Notes: generated by a model not told the origin, from the sequence alone. Counted from the first letter of the stretch, positions 28,301-38,095 are shown. The stretch: 64,000 nucleotides of DNA from Candidatus Cloacimonadales bacterium (GCA_963674825.1 OY771587.1:2112001-2176000); one strand, 5' to 3'. A program made the numbers and translations.

Positions 28301-28904
28301 AGCCGCTGGTTTCCTGCGGATACTGTCCGTAGAATACTTCCGTGTAGGTAAGACCCTGGTTTCCGTGGTGAACGAAGGCGCAATTACCACCGCGCGAACC
28401 TTCGCGGCCGTTTTCGGTAAGCGGATCCGTGAAGCTCTCGATGATTTGCTCATTCTGCACAACCTCGCAGTCGAAACGGATCTCGTCGATGGAGGGCGCC
28501 CCATTCCAGGGCATTGCGAATTCGATCATGTTGCTCTGGGGTGAGCGCAGGGAGGTCATTTGGCCGCTGCGTTGGGAAATCGGTGCGAGGCCAATGCTGT
28601 AGACCTGACGTGTACCATTCTGGCTTATATAGAGATTCATGCTGGCGTCAGTATTGCTGAAGGCATCTCCCGTTACACGGTTGTCCTTGCGGAGTGTCAT
28701 GTCGGTGAATGTGACGCGGTAGAAGAGTTGTCCGTCCTCGATACGGGCATAGGTCGAGGATATATCGGCGAAGTCGGCGTCTCCCACCTGATCGAATCCG
28801 ATAAAGTCGTCGATCGACCAGCTTTTGGGATCGCCACTCAGTTGCATCGCGAAAATAGGCAGCATTGCCGTGGCGATGATGAGAATCCATATTGCTTTTT
28901 TCAT
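25329..28904 (-). CDS. Secreted GH57-like glycoside hydrolase with starch-binding/X25-like modules and FlgD/T9SS-like CTD
   Basis: Signal peptide, HHGNQ, WVPERVW (nucleophile-like Glu), YGTDWE, two G-x-YE(Y/F)K modules, YPNPFNP tail. Confidence 0.72.
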   Translation of the reverse strand: MKKAIWILIIATAMLPIFAMQLSGDPKSWSIDDFIGFDQVGDADFADISSTYARIEDGQLFYRVTFTDMTLRKDNRVTGDAFSNTDASMNLYISQNGTRQVYSIGLAPISQRSGQMTSLRSPQSNMIEFAMPWNGAPSIDEIRFDCEVVQNEQIIESFTDPLTENGREGSRGGNCAFVHHGNQGLTYTEVFYGQYPQETSGFDEVLEVHQATGIPGNFHMSGTLMPAAAWHNPEFNDWLASGVQDGYCAMLSSALGQHIMPFVQNDMNNWSVSVESDMVAYRYGYEPHVAWVPERVWLNPGQYPEAGVIDWLGDNWTQHGINAVILDDNPHLWTGDNKKIHWMNNDQGIVLRAIPIDNSFVGYMHYDASGAMNYINSTGQYNICTYGTDWEVAAEMNEHHDSFFLDNYESVLWYCNDNYPAVNVWALDSAINNADFNGTGIDITPGTYGLCGGGDGYGGSNNSWYTNWAGTASHSDYHDTPWTYGYVWNNAWENIMSAPDNGLSQLAWYVLMINLHETAWHTSGEIADWEHRYSAHMKNANVYAEAARWANGDYQETTAAYFSDIDRDGVDELVMHNDKIFVVFESIGGRAQWMYAKNNTGNICSIVGSDVVYYSETDGDYNEGSSNHVAAFSDVSPNYQHSIYDMNIVQGSGDELIVEFSHEDVSRTCVLQTGTDYLDVTYSVASGDVYVKSGWTPDLLDLIWSGKSHLQRMWGDNGAYAGRRNSATGATAAYVLGSAGGSHNGTFEGTLVMGDEIVGGGTFRFLLYAGYTSDPYDDYYNKVVELDDLADQLGDDITPTIVNGAAYYAFYNQLNIIFSEDVNQATAENIENYALEGFSSDFEILDAMLTHNRKVILTVDGPLLDTETGHVVVTGVEDMNGNTIQTGDNEAVFTTMIKPHLVGTMNSWTPDDHYFDLVPANGMWSLSALLPAGTYEYKVIETDEWNDNDWPGENQTFTLDEETVVTFWANCGLMPEEKSGDEYVCHSLNPPCVVGDFLSEIGGTDWDQATTLTYLNDDGTDGDQNAGDGQFSRKIAIPQGNYEFKIVLNNNWDQSTSGNLQLNITQDNTEVLFIYEMFQNLVFVEFYNEIGDEQPGNAPSLPTIDSIYPNPFNPDANIRFSIPNRSHVSIDVYNIRGQRVKRLANEVLDGGYHNMTWHGDTDNGKNAGSGVYLFVMESEGQKLVKRAIMIK

Positions 28905-29306
28905 GCTTCTATCCTTGAGTGTATTTTCTTACATCATAATATCTACTTCGCAGCAAAAAAATGTCAATGAAAATCGATTCGATTCCCCTACCGGCTCAAT
29001 TACATAGCAGAATCAGAAATCTTAATGGATTTTGAAAATTGACTTGACACGCAAATATCTTTATGTCGGTTTTCAAATATCCTGAACTTGTTATACAACT
29101 GGAACGGTAGGGCAATCCAAAGATATTTATTAGCGAATATTCGCGGTTCTTGTTTACTCCATGGAAACTGTCGGAGCAGAATGTATCTTGTGTGCTTAAC
29201 TGTCAAAATGGTGCTGTTGTCTTAATCTATCGATATTGAATCTACCACTGTGACCAATGAATATCACAAATGATCAATCAATATTCACACGCAAAATGGG
29301 GGAACT

Positions 29307-32285
29307 ATGAAATCCGTTTTATCTATTCTGTTTGTCCTGATCGCCAGCGTATGTTTGGCCCAGGGAGTTCTTGAGATTAATGCTGACACTCAAATTACAG
29401 CAGATGTTGCATACGACCGAGTTGAATTTCGAGGTTCATACACACTTCACGTGATGCCCAATGTGAGCTTGAGTATCTACAATGTTTCGGACGACACCGA
29501 TTATGCTGGAAAGCTTCTTATGGTTAATGGTTCACAGGTATGGGTTCATGATGGTGCTTCTGTGCACATTTACCATACAACGAATGACTATTATGGCGAA
29601 ATCGTGATGGGTATACCTGACCCAGGTGAGCGACTTGCTAACATCAAGAATGATGGTTTCATCGAAACCGAGATCATGCGCAATAATTATGCATATGATA
29701 TCAGAGTCGAGAATCTATCCCAGACAGACGGTATCACCGAAATTGCAAGTTTTCGTACTTCAGGAGGAGCCGGTAACGAATTGTTGATCGTTGCATCGAA
29801 GGTGTATATTACTGAAGACGTACCGGAGAATGGGTTCATGCACTGGGGTATTCAGATTGTCGATCAAGGGGCTTTGCATCTATCACCTGGGATCGAATTC
29901 TGGGGTCCGCACCAGCCGATGGATATCCAAGATGGCGGCGAATTTTACAGCGATCCAGGAGTCGTGTTTCATGTTGCCGAAAACATTAATGTTTATGGAT
30001 TTGCCTATATATCAGGATCGACGTTTAATGAGTTGGGGACAAGCGCAATTATTGCTGAGGATGGTGGTGTTGTCAATATTACTAACTCTACCATAGGATG
30101 TGGGATTGGTGTAGATGAGGGTGGTTCATGCTCTTTTCTGGGTAGTACCTCATTAACGCGTATGAATGTTGATGGGCTTCTGATTGCTGAAGAGTCGACG
30201 ATTGAAGGTACTCTTTCCGTTGGAGGTAGTGCCGAGTTTGCGACACAAAGTGTTCTTAATCTTACGCAGTCGTGTTCAGTTGATGGAACTATATACCTGC
30301 GTGACTCAGATATACACCTTACGTGTGAAATGAACCTGAATACGGGCTCGTTGTTATCTCTGAGTTCGTGTTCGGACGTCCATGTGGAGTATGTCGAAGA
30401 ATGGGTATATGGCTCTCTCATCATGCGTAGTGGCAGCGTGATCGAAGGTAGCACACGCCCGACTACAACGTCACCTGGTGATCGAATTCTTGTAGATCAG
30501 GGCGGATGGTTTGGAACTGAACAAGATCCTGGGATCGCTCCAGTAATCAGGCTAAAAGAAGGCCTTACGTATAACTGGACGGGAATAACAATCAAGACAG
30601 GCGAAGTGCCAAGTGTATACCGGTTTGACAACGCAGATATCTCCGGAATTGAGCAATTCGTCTTCGCCAGTAGACAAAACGCGACTGAGAATGAGGCGTT
30701 GCTTCTTGAGGGCTGCTATTTCCACGACATGGGTGAAGTGCTCATCACAAAATTCGCACGCTGCGATGCTAAGCCACTCAATCTGAATTCAACTACTTTC
30801 GATCAAGTGGAACGAGGTGTTATCGTAGATGAATATTCTAATTTCAAATCTGATGGGTGCATCTATGCAGATTGTGCGAAGGGAGCTATAACGGCATTCA
30901 GATCCACCATCGGTGTTGGAGGGTACTACGAAAATAGCCAATACTACAGGCTTGGAGGAAACCAGTTCTACGGCAATGGTGGTATAGCGGCAATTTCTAC
31001 GTTCTATGAACCGTTAAACATAGATAGCCATTCAGTTATTGCGCGCAATGAAATCGGAAATGCGCTATTGTCCAATACCGGTTCAGGATTGAATTGTGAA
31101 AACTCGGTTGTTTACCTCAACAGCAACAATATAGACTACAACCGGGGGCATGGGTTTATCGGCAAGTCCAACAACGTGGTAGGGATAAGTCGCAACCATT
31201 TCACCAACAATGGCGGTGCGGAGCTCTTCACTGATTTGCGCGACATGATTGGTCTGGAAGATGGGGCTAACAGCATCGTAGATAATACGATCAATCCTAA
31301 CGGAGTACCTCTTCCGGCACCTCCATTGGCGTATGGCTCCTATCGGTATGCTAATTGTGACCTTTATTTCCTCGTACTTACCGATGTTTTCCCCTTCCCG
31401 AGGATGGCAGATGTGAGCGGTAATCAGTTCAATGGTTACTTCGATCCTATCCCGAGTGATCAGCCGCGTTTCTACCCCGATTTCGATTGTTACATCTTTG
31501 GACGGGATTGTTATGAGCTTCTCGATGAGGCTGTTGACCTGTTTAACAGCCAGATGTATTGGGAAGCAGAAGACCTTTTCAAGGAGATCGTTGAAGAATA
31601 TCCTGATTCGTCAGCCGCGATCGCAGCATGTTCATACCTGTTCGATACAAAGTTCTGTACCGACGCAAAATACGAGAAACTTCGTGACTACATGCAGGGT
31701 CTTGAAATTCAGAATTCCAATCGTTGCTATACGGAAGCCCTGAACACGATCTCGCGCTGCTATATGGCTGAGGGACTCTATGCAGAGGCCTTACCGCTTT
31801 ATGAACAGATTATGGATCATCCACAAAATGGTCTCGATTCGCTTTACGCAGCAATAAACGTCGGATATTGCTACTATAAACTATGTACTGACGATGGAGA
31901 AGCTCCAGAAGATTGCTACGTACAAACGGAGACGATCGAAGAGCTCGTGGACTTCATCGCTACCTTGTACATTGGGGAAGAAGAAAAAAAACGTAGTACT
32001 TCTGTTCCCGAATCAATAGCGCTTTCCAATTACCCGAATCCGTTCAATCCTACGACAACAATCGCCTACAGCTTACCTGAATGTCAGAGGGTTGAGGTGT
32101 CGGTTTACAACATCAAGGGCCAGAAAGTAAGAACCCTGGTCAGCGACGTTCAGGATCCGGGTGTGCATACTGTCACATGGGATGGAACCGACCGTGCAGA
32201 AAAAACGGTTGCCTCCGGTGTGTATTTCTGTAAGGTTGAATCCGGCGACAATGTTACTGTCCGCAAAATGCTGATGATCAAATAA
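29307..32285 (+). CDS. Secreted beta-helix plus TPR protein with FlgD/T9SS-like CTD
   Basis: Signal peptide, beta-helix-like repeats, helical FKEIVEEYPDS/ALPLYEQI segment, NYPNPFNP...KMLMIK. Confidence 0.75.
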   Translation: MKSVLSILFVLIASVCLAQGVLEINADTQITADVAYDRVEFRGSYTLHVMPNVSLSIYNVSDDTDYAGKLLMVNGSQVWVHDGASVHIYHTTNDYYGEIVMGIPDPGERLANIKNDGFIETEIMRNNYAYDIRVENLSQTDGITEIASFRTSGGAGNELLIVASKVYITEDVPENGFMHWGIQIVDQGALHLSPGIEFWGPHQPMDIQDGGEFYSDPGVVFHVAENINVYGFAYISGSTFNELGTSAIIAEDGGVVNITNSTIGCGIGVDEGGSCSFLGSTSLTRMNVDGLLIAEESTIEGTLSVGGSAEFATQSVLNLTQSCSVDGTIYLRDSDIHLTCEMNLNTGSLLSLSSCSDVHVEYVEEWVYGSLIMRSGSVIEGSTRPTTTSPGDRILVDQGGWFGTEQDPGIAPVIRLKEGLTYNWTGITIKTGEVPSVYRFDNADISGIEQFVFASRQNATENEALLLEGCYFHDMGEVLITKFARCDAKPLNLNSTTFDQVERGVIVDEYSNFKSDGCIYADCAKGAITAFRSTIGVGGYYENSQYYRLGGNQFYGNGGIAAISTFYEPLNIDSHSVIARNEIGNALLSNTGSGLNCENSVVYLNSNNIDYNRGHGFIGKSNNVVGISRNHFTNNGGAELFTDLRDMIGLEDGANSIVDNTINPNGVPLPAPPLAYGSYRYANCDLYFLVLTDVFPFPRMADVSGNQFNGYFDPIPSDQPRFYPDFDCYIFGRDCYELLDEAVDLFNSQMYWEAEDLFKEIVEEYPDSSAAIAACSYLFDTKFCTDAKYEKLRDYMQGLEIQNSNRCYTEALNTISRCYMAEGLYAEALPLYEQIMDHPQNGLDSLYAAINVGYCYYKLCTDDGEAPEDCYVQTETIEELVDFIATLYIGEEEKKRSTSVPESIALSNYPNPFNPTTTIAYSLPECQRVEVSVYNIKGQKVRTLVSDVQDPGVHTVTWDGTDRAEKTVASGVYFCKVESGDNVTVRKMLMIK

Positions 32286-32354
32286 AACCATCAGTGTTTC
32301 AGACTATATTGGGAAGGCGGTCTTTATCGCCTTCCCGTTTTCTGGAGACAATAC

Positions 32355-34439
32355 ATGAAGAACGTTCTGATCGGATTCCTGGCTTTCTTCGCAACCTTCT
32401 GTTTCGCAATCGAGGTCGGTGGGCATTTGAGTACCGATACGACCTGGTTTCCGGAGGACAGCCCTCACATCGTTGTCCAGAATATCTATGTCGATGAAGG
32501 CGTTACGCTGACCATCATGCCCGGAACGACGGTCTTGTTCGGTGCAGCTCCGGCATCGTACGAGAATGTTGAGGATTTTCTGATACAGGACGAGGATTCG
32601 GTGGCCAAGATCATGTATGTGCGCGGAACGGTTCACGCGATTGGGACGGTACAGGATTCGATTGTATTCGATCGTAACGAACGGGAGCCTGATAACATGC
32701 GTTGGGGCAACATCGTTTTCGATGAACAAGCGCCCCAATCCATCTTCAGATACTGCAAGATTGCCTATGCATTCATTTCGCATCCAAGCCTACTGAGCAA
32801 GTGGGAGGGGGCGTTATGCTGCCAGAACGGACGTGTTGACATATCGCATTGCCTGTTTCACAACAACATAACCAGCATCTGGATTGACGACATTACCGAT
32901 CCGCTGCTGATCGCAAACAATCGATTCGAGCAATTCATCGTGTGTGATTCATTCTGGCCAATTGGCATTTGGAACAGATCCGCGAACAACGATGCTGAAT
33001 TCATCATCGCATACAACGAATTCTACGGCCTTGGGATTACTTTCATCAACGATCAGCCGGATGAGCTCCTGTCCTATCCTGTTCCGCAGCTTTTCAACTA
33101 TTACAATATGACGATGCAGGCTCGTGATGACGAAGATGAACGTGAAATTCGAACGAATATGACGGGTGATGTATTCGGAAATCTGGTGATTGATAGCGAG
33201 GAAGTAGGATTCAGCTGTTTTGCTATTGGTACGCATGCCAAAGGATATGTCCGAAGGAATACCATGGTCAATGGCGGTAGTGTTATCGCGAACGGAGAAT
33301 GCGAGATATCGGACAACCAGTTTACCGAAAGTGGTGTCATCGAGATGAACGAGGAAAGCAGCGGTGATGTGAGGAACAACTACTTCTACGACACCTATCT
33401 GGAGCATCACGGTGAGGGGAGCATCGAGAACAACGTCTTCAGAAAGATGGGGCTCGATGGCATGGGAATCGATGTAGGGACGTTGTTTGTTCGTAATAAT
33501 ACCGTGGATTCATGCCATTTTCAGCCTCTCAGTCCAGAATCGGCTCATGTTGGAGCCATAATAGAGAATAACATCTTCAGCGACGTGCATTTGTTCCCTG
33601 GTATGCTTGATTACAGCGAGATGACATTTCGTTATAACTACATGAACATCGCGCTCCCGAGTGATTGCATCGATGGCGGTGGAAACATCATTGGGGACGA
33701 TCCGATGTTTGTTGATCCCACAGAAGGTGACTACCATCTTCTGCCCGAAAGCCCATGCATCGATGCCGGATATGATTCGACCGGTTACATGCCATGCGAT
33801 GTAGATAATTTCATTCGTGTTATCGATGGTGACGACGATGGCATTGCATTGATCGATATCGGCGCATATGAATATAGCTCTCACTTTCAGGGTGGATTCG
33901 AAGGGCACATTTACAATACGGTTAATAACGAGCCGATTGCGCTCGCGAAGGTGGATATCGGTGATTACTCACGCGAATATACCGACAGCCTGGGCTATTT
34001 CCATTTCAGCGCGCCTCCGGAAACTTATACGCTCAATGTGCATCATATCTTTGAGGGTGACAGGGTCTTCAGCGTGGAAATCACCGAAGGCGAGACCTCT
34101 CAATCCGATTTCTACTACAACCTTGCGATTCCCGAGGATGGTAATGTTGTCCCCGGGATGCCCGGCGTATTATTGCGCAACTACCCCAATCCATTCAATC
34201 CCACGACGACCATCTCTTTCTCATTATCGCAGGCGAGCAAAATAGAACTGGATATCTACAACATCAAAGGTCAGCTCGTAAAGAGGCTCGTGAACGATTT
34301 TTATCCGAGCGGAAAACACGAAATCGTATGGTGTGGCATGAACGAGATTGGACATGAAGTATCGTCCGGTGTCTATTTATGCCGGTTGAAGTCCAACGGC
34401 GAAGCAATCGGCATTAAGAAGATGATGCTGATGAAATAG
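32355..34439 (+). CDS. Secreted right-handed beta-helix protein with carboxypeptidase-regulatory-like domain and FlgD/T9SS-like CTD
   Basis: DTTW..., DPMFVD...SPCIDAG, DIGAYE, TDSLGYF, NYPNPFNP tail. Confidence 0.8.
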   Translation: MKNVLIGFLAFFATFCFAIEVGGHLSTDTTWFPEDSPHIVVQNIYVDEGVTLTIMPGTTVLFGAAPASYENVEDFLIQDEDSVAKIMYVRGTVHAIGTVQDSIVFDRNEREPDNMRWGNIVFDEQAPQSIFRYCKIAYAFISHPSLLSKWEGALCCQNGRVDISHCLFHNNITSIWIDDITDPLLIANNRFEQFIVCDSFWPIGIWNRSANNDAEFIIAYNEFYGLGITFINDQPDELLSYPVPQLFNYYNMTMQARDDEDEREIRTNMTGDVFGNLVIDSEEVGFSCFAIGTHAKGYVRRNTMVNGGSVIANGECEISDNQFTESGVIEMNEESSGDVRNNYFYDTYLEHHGEGSIENNVFRKMGLDGMGIDVGTLFVRNNTVDSCHFQPLSPESAHVGAIIENNIFSDVHLFPGMLDYSEMTFRYNYMNIALPSDCIDGGGNIIGDDPMFVDPTEGDYHLLPESPCIDAGYDSTGYMPCDVDNFIRVIDGDDDGIALIDIGAYEYSSHFQGGFEGHIYNTVNNEPIALAKVDIGDYSREYTDSLGYFHFSAPPETYTLNVHHIFEGDRVFSVEITEGETSQSDFYYNLAIPEDGNVVPGMPGVLLRNYPNPFNPTTTISFSLSQASKIELDIYNIKGQLVKRLVNDFYPSGKHEIVWCGMNEIGHEVSSGVYLCRLKSNGEAIGIKKMMLMK

Positions 34440-34469
34440 GGGATGCTCTCGGTAGTTTCGCTTTTGGTT

Positions 34470-36557
34470 CTATTTCAACAGCAGCATCTTCCTTGCGATA
34501 GCTCTTCTACCCGATTCGAGGCGGTACAAGTAGATGCCCGACGACACACTCTTACCAAGCTGGTTATCGCCATTCCAGACAGCCTTGTGCGATCCGGCTT
34601 CGAGGTGGTCGTTCACCAATGTCTTCACGAGCTGCCCTTTGATGTTGTACACCTTCAACTCGACCTTGTCGTACTTCGGGATCGAGAACGAGATCGTCGT
34701 GGTAGGATTGAACGGGTTAGGCGAGTTCTGCTCCATGGTGATGGTGTATTGCTGGATGAAGTTGTCGTAGTCGTGCGCTGCGAGGCTTTGCAAGGTGATT
34801 TCGCGGTAGGTTGCCGCGCCCTGCTCCACCACGATGCCGCTGACCTGCTGGCCCTCGTAATACATGCGTTCCACATTGAGGGTGAAGGTACCGGGCCCGG
34901 TGAGAATGCGGAACCAGCCGGTGCTGTCGCTCCACTCGGGGAACTGAACGCCATCGACGGTTATTTTGGCTATGTCCAGCGGTGTTTCGCCGTCCTCTTC
35001 GTACACATACCCCTCGATGCCGCCCCAGAAGGGTGCGCCGTACTCGAAAGCGCCGATATCGATGGTTGCGGTTCCGTCACCGTCGCCGTCCCATACACGG
35101 ACGTTACCCAAGATGTCCGTGGGCGGATAATCACCGTCCGGCATACCGGCATCAATGCACGGGCTGCTCTCTGCAAGGCTGTAGTCACCGTTCAGCGTAT
35201 CGGCGAACATCGGGTCATCCCCAATGATATTGCCGCCGCCGTCGGTGACGTAATCAGGTAACGGGTGGTTCATGAAATTGTAGCTAAATATTGTTGCTGG
35301 ACCGCCCCATGCCATTGTCTCCTCTGCCGCATGCAGAATATTGTTATACACTAAGCAATCATAGTTTTCTGTTCCGAAACAGGATGTATGATTGGTGTTA
35401 TATGTGTTATTAAACATAGTACAGTCGGCAAAAGTTGGATACAAAAACGAATAACCGGTAAAGAGATTATTGTAGATTATATTGGGATTTTCCGGTTGAT
35501 AAAATGTATCGCTGGATGATGTATACACCACATTATTACACACAACTGTCGAATCGGCAAATCTGTCGTCAATGTCCAGGTTGCCAATAAAGAGGTTGTC
35601 GGATAGAACACTATAGTCTCTGTTATAGGTCGTCATCGGATTTCCTGTTGATGTATCATAAACATAGTTCTTCCGAAAATAACTCATTGTGTCCGGAACG
35701 CCTCCACTGATACCTGCTCCCCAATGTATATAAACACTACCATACACACTTGTCGATATTTCCTCTCTGCGATCCTCATTCATATCAATACATATATCCG
35801 AATCATTCGTATTGTAATGATAATTATAAGTCCATACTTGATTTGCTCTTCCTTCGCGATAGATTCCAGCATATGGCCTATCAATATTTACAAGACGATT
35901 TCTGGCAATAATGATTTGCGGGTATGAATTATAATCCCAATCGGAGTAGCCATTGATGGCATCGTAGTAAATATCGGTGGCGTATTGCCCCGGCTCCGTC
36001 TTTGTGAATGTGTTGCCGTAGATCATTACATCGCACGGCAGGTTCTGATACGTGATGCCAGCTTTGCAGTTCGTGAAAGTGCAGTATTTGATCCGGAAAT
36101 CGCAGCCACGTACGCAAATACCGCCAACCGTTTTTGATCCGTCGGTGAACACATTGCGATACACGCCCATTAGTTCGCAGTATTCAAATACCGGGGTATC
36201 CGCCGTTTCGTCAACGAAGATACCGCCCCAGGCAAAGCCTTCCGTATCTGGATTGCGGGTGAATGTGATCGGCTCGTCTTCTGTTCCGATCGCGACGATT
36301 TTTCCATATACATGAAAGATCTTCGCATGGGCTTCTCCGCTGTCCGTGACATAGAAAAGTCCGCTGGCTCCGGAGGGCATAGCTTTCATCAGGATTTCGC
36401 ATCCTGGGAGAATGGTTAACGTAGCGCCTTCGAGCACATTGACGTTCTCATCGAAGATATACGGGTTGTTTTCTGGACCCCATGTCGTGTCTTCGTAGAT
36501 ATCGAGGGCGTGCAACAGTGTGATTGAGAGCAGGATGAAAAACAGGGTTCGTTTCAT
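34470..36557 (-). CDS. Paralogue of 32355-34439 (secreted beta-helix protein with CTD)
   Basis: Same motif order: DTTW, GGGNIIGDDPMF, SPCIDAG, DIGAFE, SDSTGWF, PNPFNP tail. Confidence 0.8.
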   Translation of the reverse strand: MKRTLFFILLSITLLHALDIYEDTTWGPENNPYIFDENVNVLEGATLTILPGCEILMKAMPSGASGLFYVTDSGEAHAKIFHVYGKIVAIGTEDEPITFTRNPDTEGFAWGGIFVDETADTPVFEYCELMGVYRNVFTDGSKTVGGICVRGCDFRIKYCTFTNCKAGITYQNLPCDVMIYGNTFTKTEPGQYATDIYYDAINGYSDWDYNSYPQIIIARNRLVNIDRPYAGIYREGRANQVWTYNYHYNTNDSDICIDMNEDRREEISTSVYGSVYIHWGAGISGGVPDTMSYFRKNYVYDTSTGNPMTTYNRDYSVLSDNLFIGNLDIDDRFADSTVVCNNVVYTSSSDTFYQPENPNIIYNNLFTGYSFLYPTFADCTMFNNTYNTNHTSCFGTENYDCLVYNNILHAAEETMAWGGPATIFSYNFMNHPLPDYVTDGGGNIIGDDPMFADTLNGDYSLAESSPCIDAGMPDGDYPPTDILGNVRVWDGDGDGTATIDIGAFEYGAPFWGGIEGYVYEEDGETPLDIAKITVDGVQFPEWSDSTGWFRILTGPGTFTLNVERMYYEGQQVSGIVVEQGAATYREITLQSLAAHDYDNFIQQYTITMEQNSPNPFNPTTTISFSIPKYDKVELKVYNIKGQLVKTLVNDHLEAGSHKAVWNGDNQLGKSVSSGIYLYRLESGRRAIARKMLLLK

Positions 36558-36645
36558 TTAATGTCTCCATATTCCGCTAACATGAATTCATTGTGCGAAT
36601 TCACAACGCTCATGTTTTCGTTTTGACTGCGTCAAAGCCGAAAAG

Positions 36646-36681
36646 CCCTCACCCCGGCCCTCTCCCGTAAACGGGAGAGGG
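36646..36681. repeat. REP-like palindromic element CCCTCACCCC...CCCTCTCCCG-TAAA-CGGGAGAGGG
   Basis: Perfect 10-bp stem; resembles a widespread intergenic repeat of this form (recognition only). Confidence 0.6.
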
Positions 36682-36725
36682 AAGAGAGAGGTAGATTGTA
36701 GTCTATGCTTTGATAAACTCGTGTT

Positions 36726-36751
36726 GTCCTTCGACTACGCTCAGGATGACA
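36726..36751. repeat. REP-like element (minus strand TGTCATCCTGAGCGTAGTCGAAGGAC)
   Basis: Resembles the widespread GTCATCCTGAGC...GTCGAAG intergenic repeat (recognition only). Confidence 0.55.
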
Positions 36752-36779
36752 CACGAGTTTCTCAGCATGACGCGTTATG

Positions 36780-38084
36780 TTACTTGAGTAACAGCATCTT
36801 CTGTGCCTTCGATTTCCCGCCGGACTCGAGGCGGTACAGATAGATACCTGACGAAACGTTCTTGCCGGATTGGTTATCACCATTCCATACGGCCTTGTGC
36901 ATTCCGGCTTCGAGGTGGTCGTTTACCAGCGTTTTCACCAACTGCCCTTTGATGTTGTACACCTTCAACTCAACCTTGTCGTCCTTCGGGATCGAGAACG
37001 ATATCGTCGTGGTGGGATTGAACGGGTTGGGCGAGTTCTGACAGAGCATCAAGCCTGAAACTGGTGGCATGAAATCCTGCTCATCCTGGATCCCGACCGT
37101 ATAGGATAGGACGGGATAGCCATTATTGAGATTATATTTGGTGTCGGCTGTCCAGACATCGATGAAATCCCAGTCGAGGTAGGTATCACTTCCATGCGGA
37201 TAGGTCATCTCTTCGGTTGTGCGCCCTTCGCCGCCACTGCTGACATCCACTCCACTTGTTTCAACATCCCAATAGCTGGATTCGACAGACGAGCCACTAT
37301 TGTATCCAAATAGGCCTCCGGCACTATTTTCTCCCATGACAACACCTGTGGAATAAATTTTTGCGATTTGGCTGTTTAACATCCTTCCAATGAAGCCGCC
37401 CACATACCAATTCCCGAACACATCGCCAGTGGCATAACTGTTATTTATCGTTGTTTCCAAGCAAAAACCTGCCAATCCACCGCCATTATTATGGCAAATC
37501 GTTTCTCCCATCGCCACGCAACCTGTAATCGTGGATGTGGATACCCATCCGACCAGGCAGCCTACATTGTCGTAGCCGCTAACAACACCGCTTACCCGGC
37601 AGTTCTCCATGGTCGATCCGGTGAAAAGGATTCCCACGAGCCCCCCGACGCATCGGTCGCCTGTGATATTCATGTCGATAAGCTCCAGGTTTCGTATCGC
37701 AGCGCCAAGCGTATAGCCGAAGAATCCTGCGTAGTCGTCGTTGGGGCGGTCGATAGACAGACCGGAAATGGTATGGTCCTGCCCATCGTATTGGCCGGTG
37801 AACGGTAGATTGTCCGGCTCTTCGTATCCTTCGTAAACGCCTATCGGAATCCATCCCGAGCTTTCAAACCAGCTTGATGTTTCTGTAGCGTCGATATCAG
37901 CAATCTGGATGTAATTCTTGTCCCAGTGTTCTTCCGAACAGTACATCCAGAAGAGGTTTTCCATCGTTTCGATCTGATATGGGTTCGCTTGTGATCCATC
38001 ACCTTCCGAAGGAGCAAGTGCGTTCTGGCAGAAAAGCATTGCAGCGGAGATCAGAATGAGTATGCTAAGTATCGAGTGCTTCAT
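36780..38084 (-). CDS. Secreted single-module GLUG protein with FlgD/T9SS-like CTD
   Basis: EGDGSQANPYQI, QIADIDA, PIG, YDGQ, GGLVG, WDVETSG; same module as in 2749-8730. Confidence 0.85.
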   Translation of the reverse strand: MKHSILSILILISAAMLFCQNALAPSEGDGSQANPYQIETMENLFWMYCSEEHWDKNYIQIADIDATETSSWFESSGWIPIGVYEGYEEPDNLPFTGQYDGQDHTISGLSIDRPNDDYAGFFGYTLGAAIRNLELIDMNITGDRCVGGLVGILFTGSTMENCRVSGVVSGYDNVGCLVGWVSTSTITGCVAMGETICHNNGGGLAGFCLETTINNSYATGDVFGNWYVGGFIGRMLNSQIAKIYSTGVVMGENSAGGLFGYNSGSSVESSYWDVETSGVDVSSGGEGRTTEEMTYPHGSDTYLDWDFIDVWTADTKYNLNNGYPVLSYTVGIQDEQDFMPPVSGLMLCQNSPNPFNPTTTISFSIPKDDKVELKVYNIKGQLVKTLVNDHLEAGMHKAVWNGDNQSGKNVSSGIYLYRLESGGKSKAQKMLLLK

Positions 38085-38095
38085 GGTTACCTCGG

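Noticed and set aside
28905..29306. ncRNA or small ORFs in the long AT-rich divergent intergenic region
   Set aside because: No convincing structure or RBS-supported ORF; consistent with divergent promoters.
34470..37040. Diversity-generating retroelement TR/VR pair
   Set aside because: Mismatches are not confined to adenines of one copy, many are synonymous, both copies are coding tails, and no reverse transcriptase is present.
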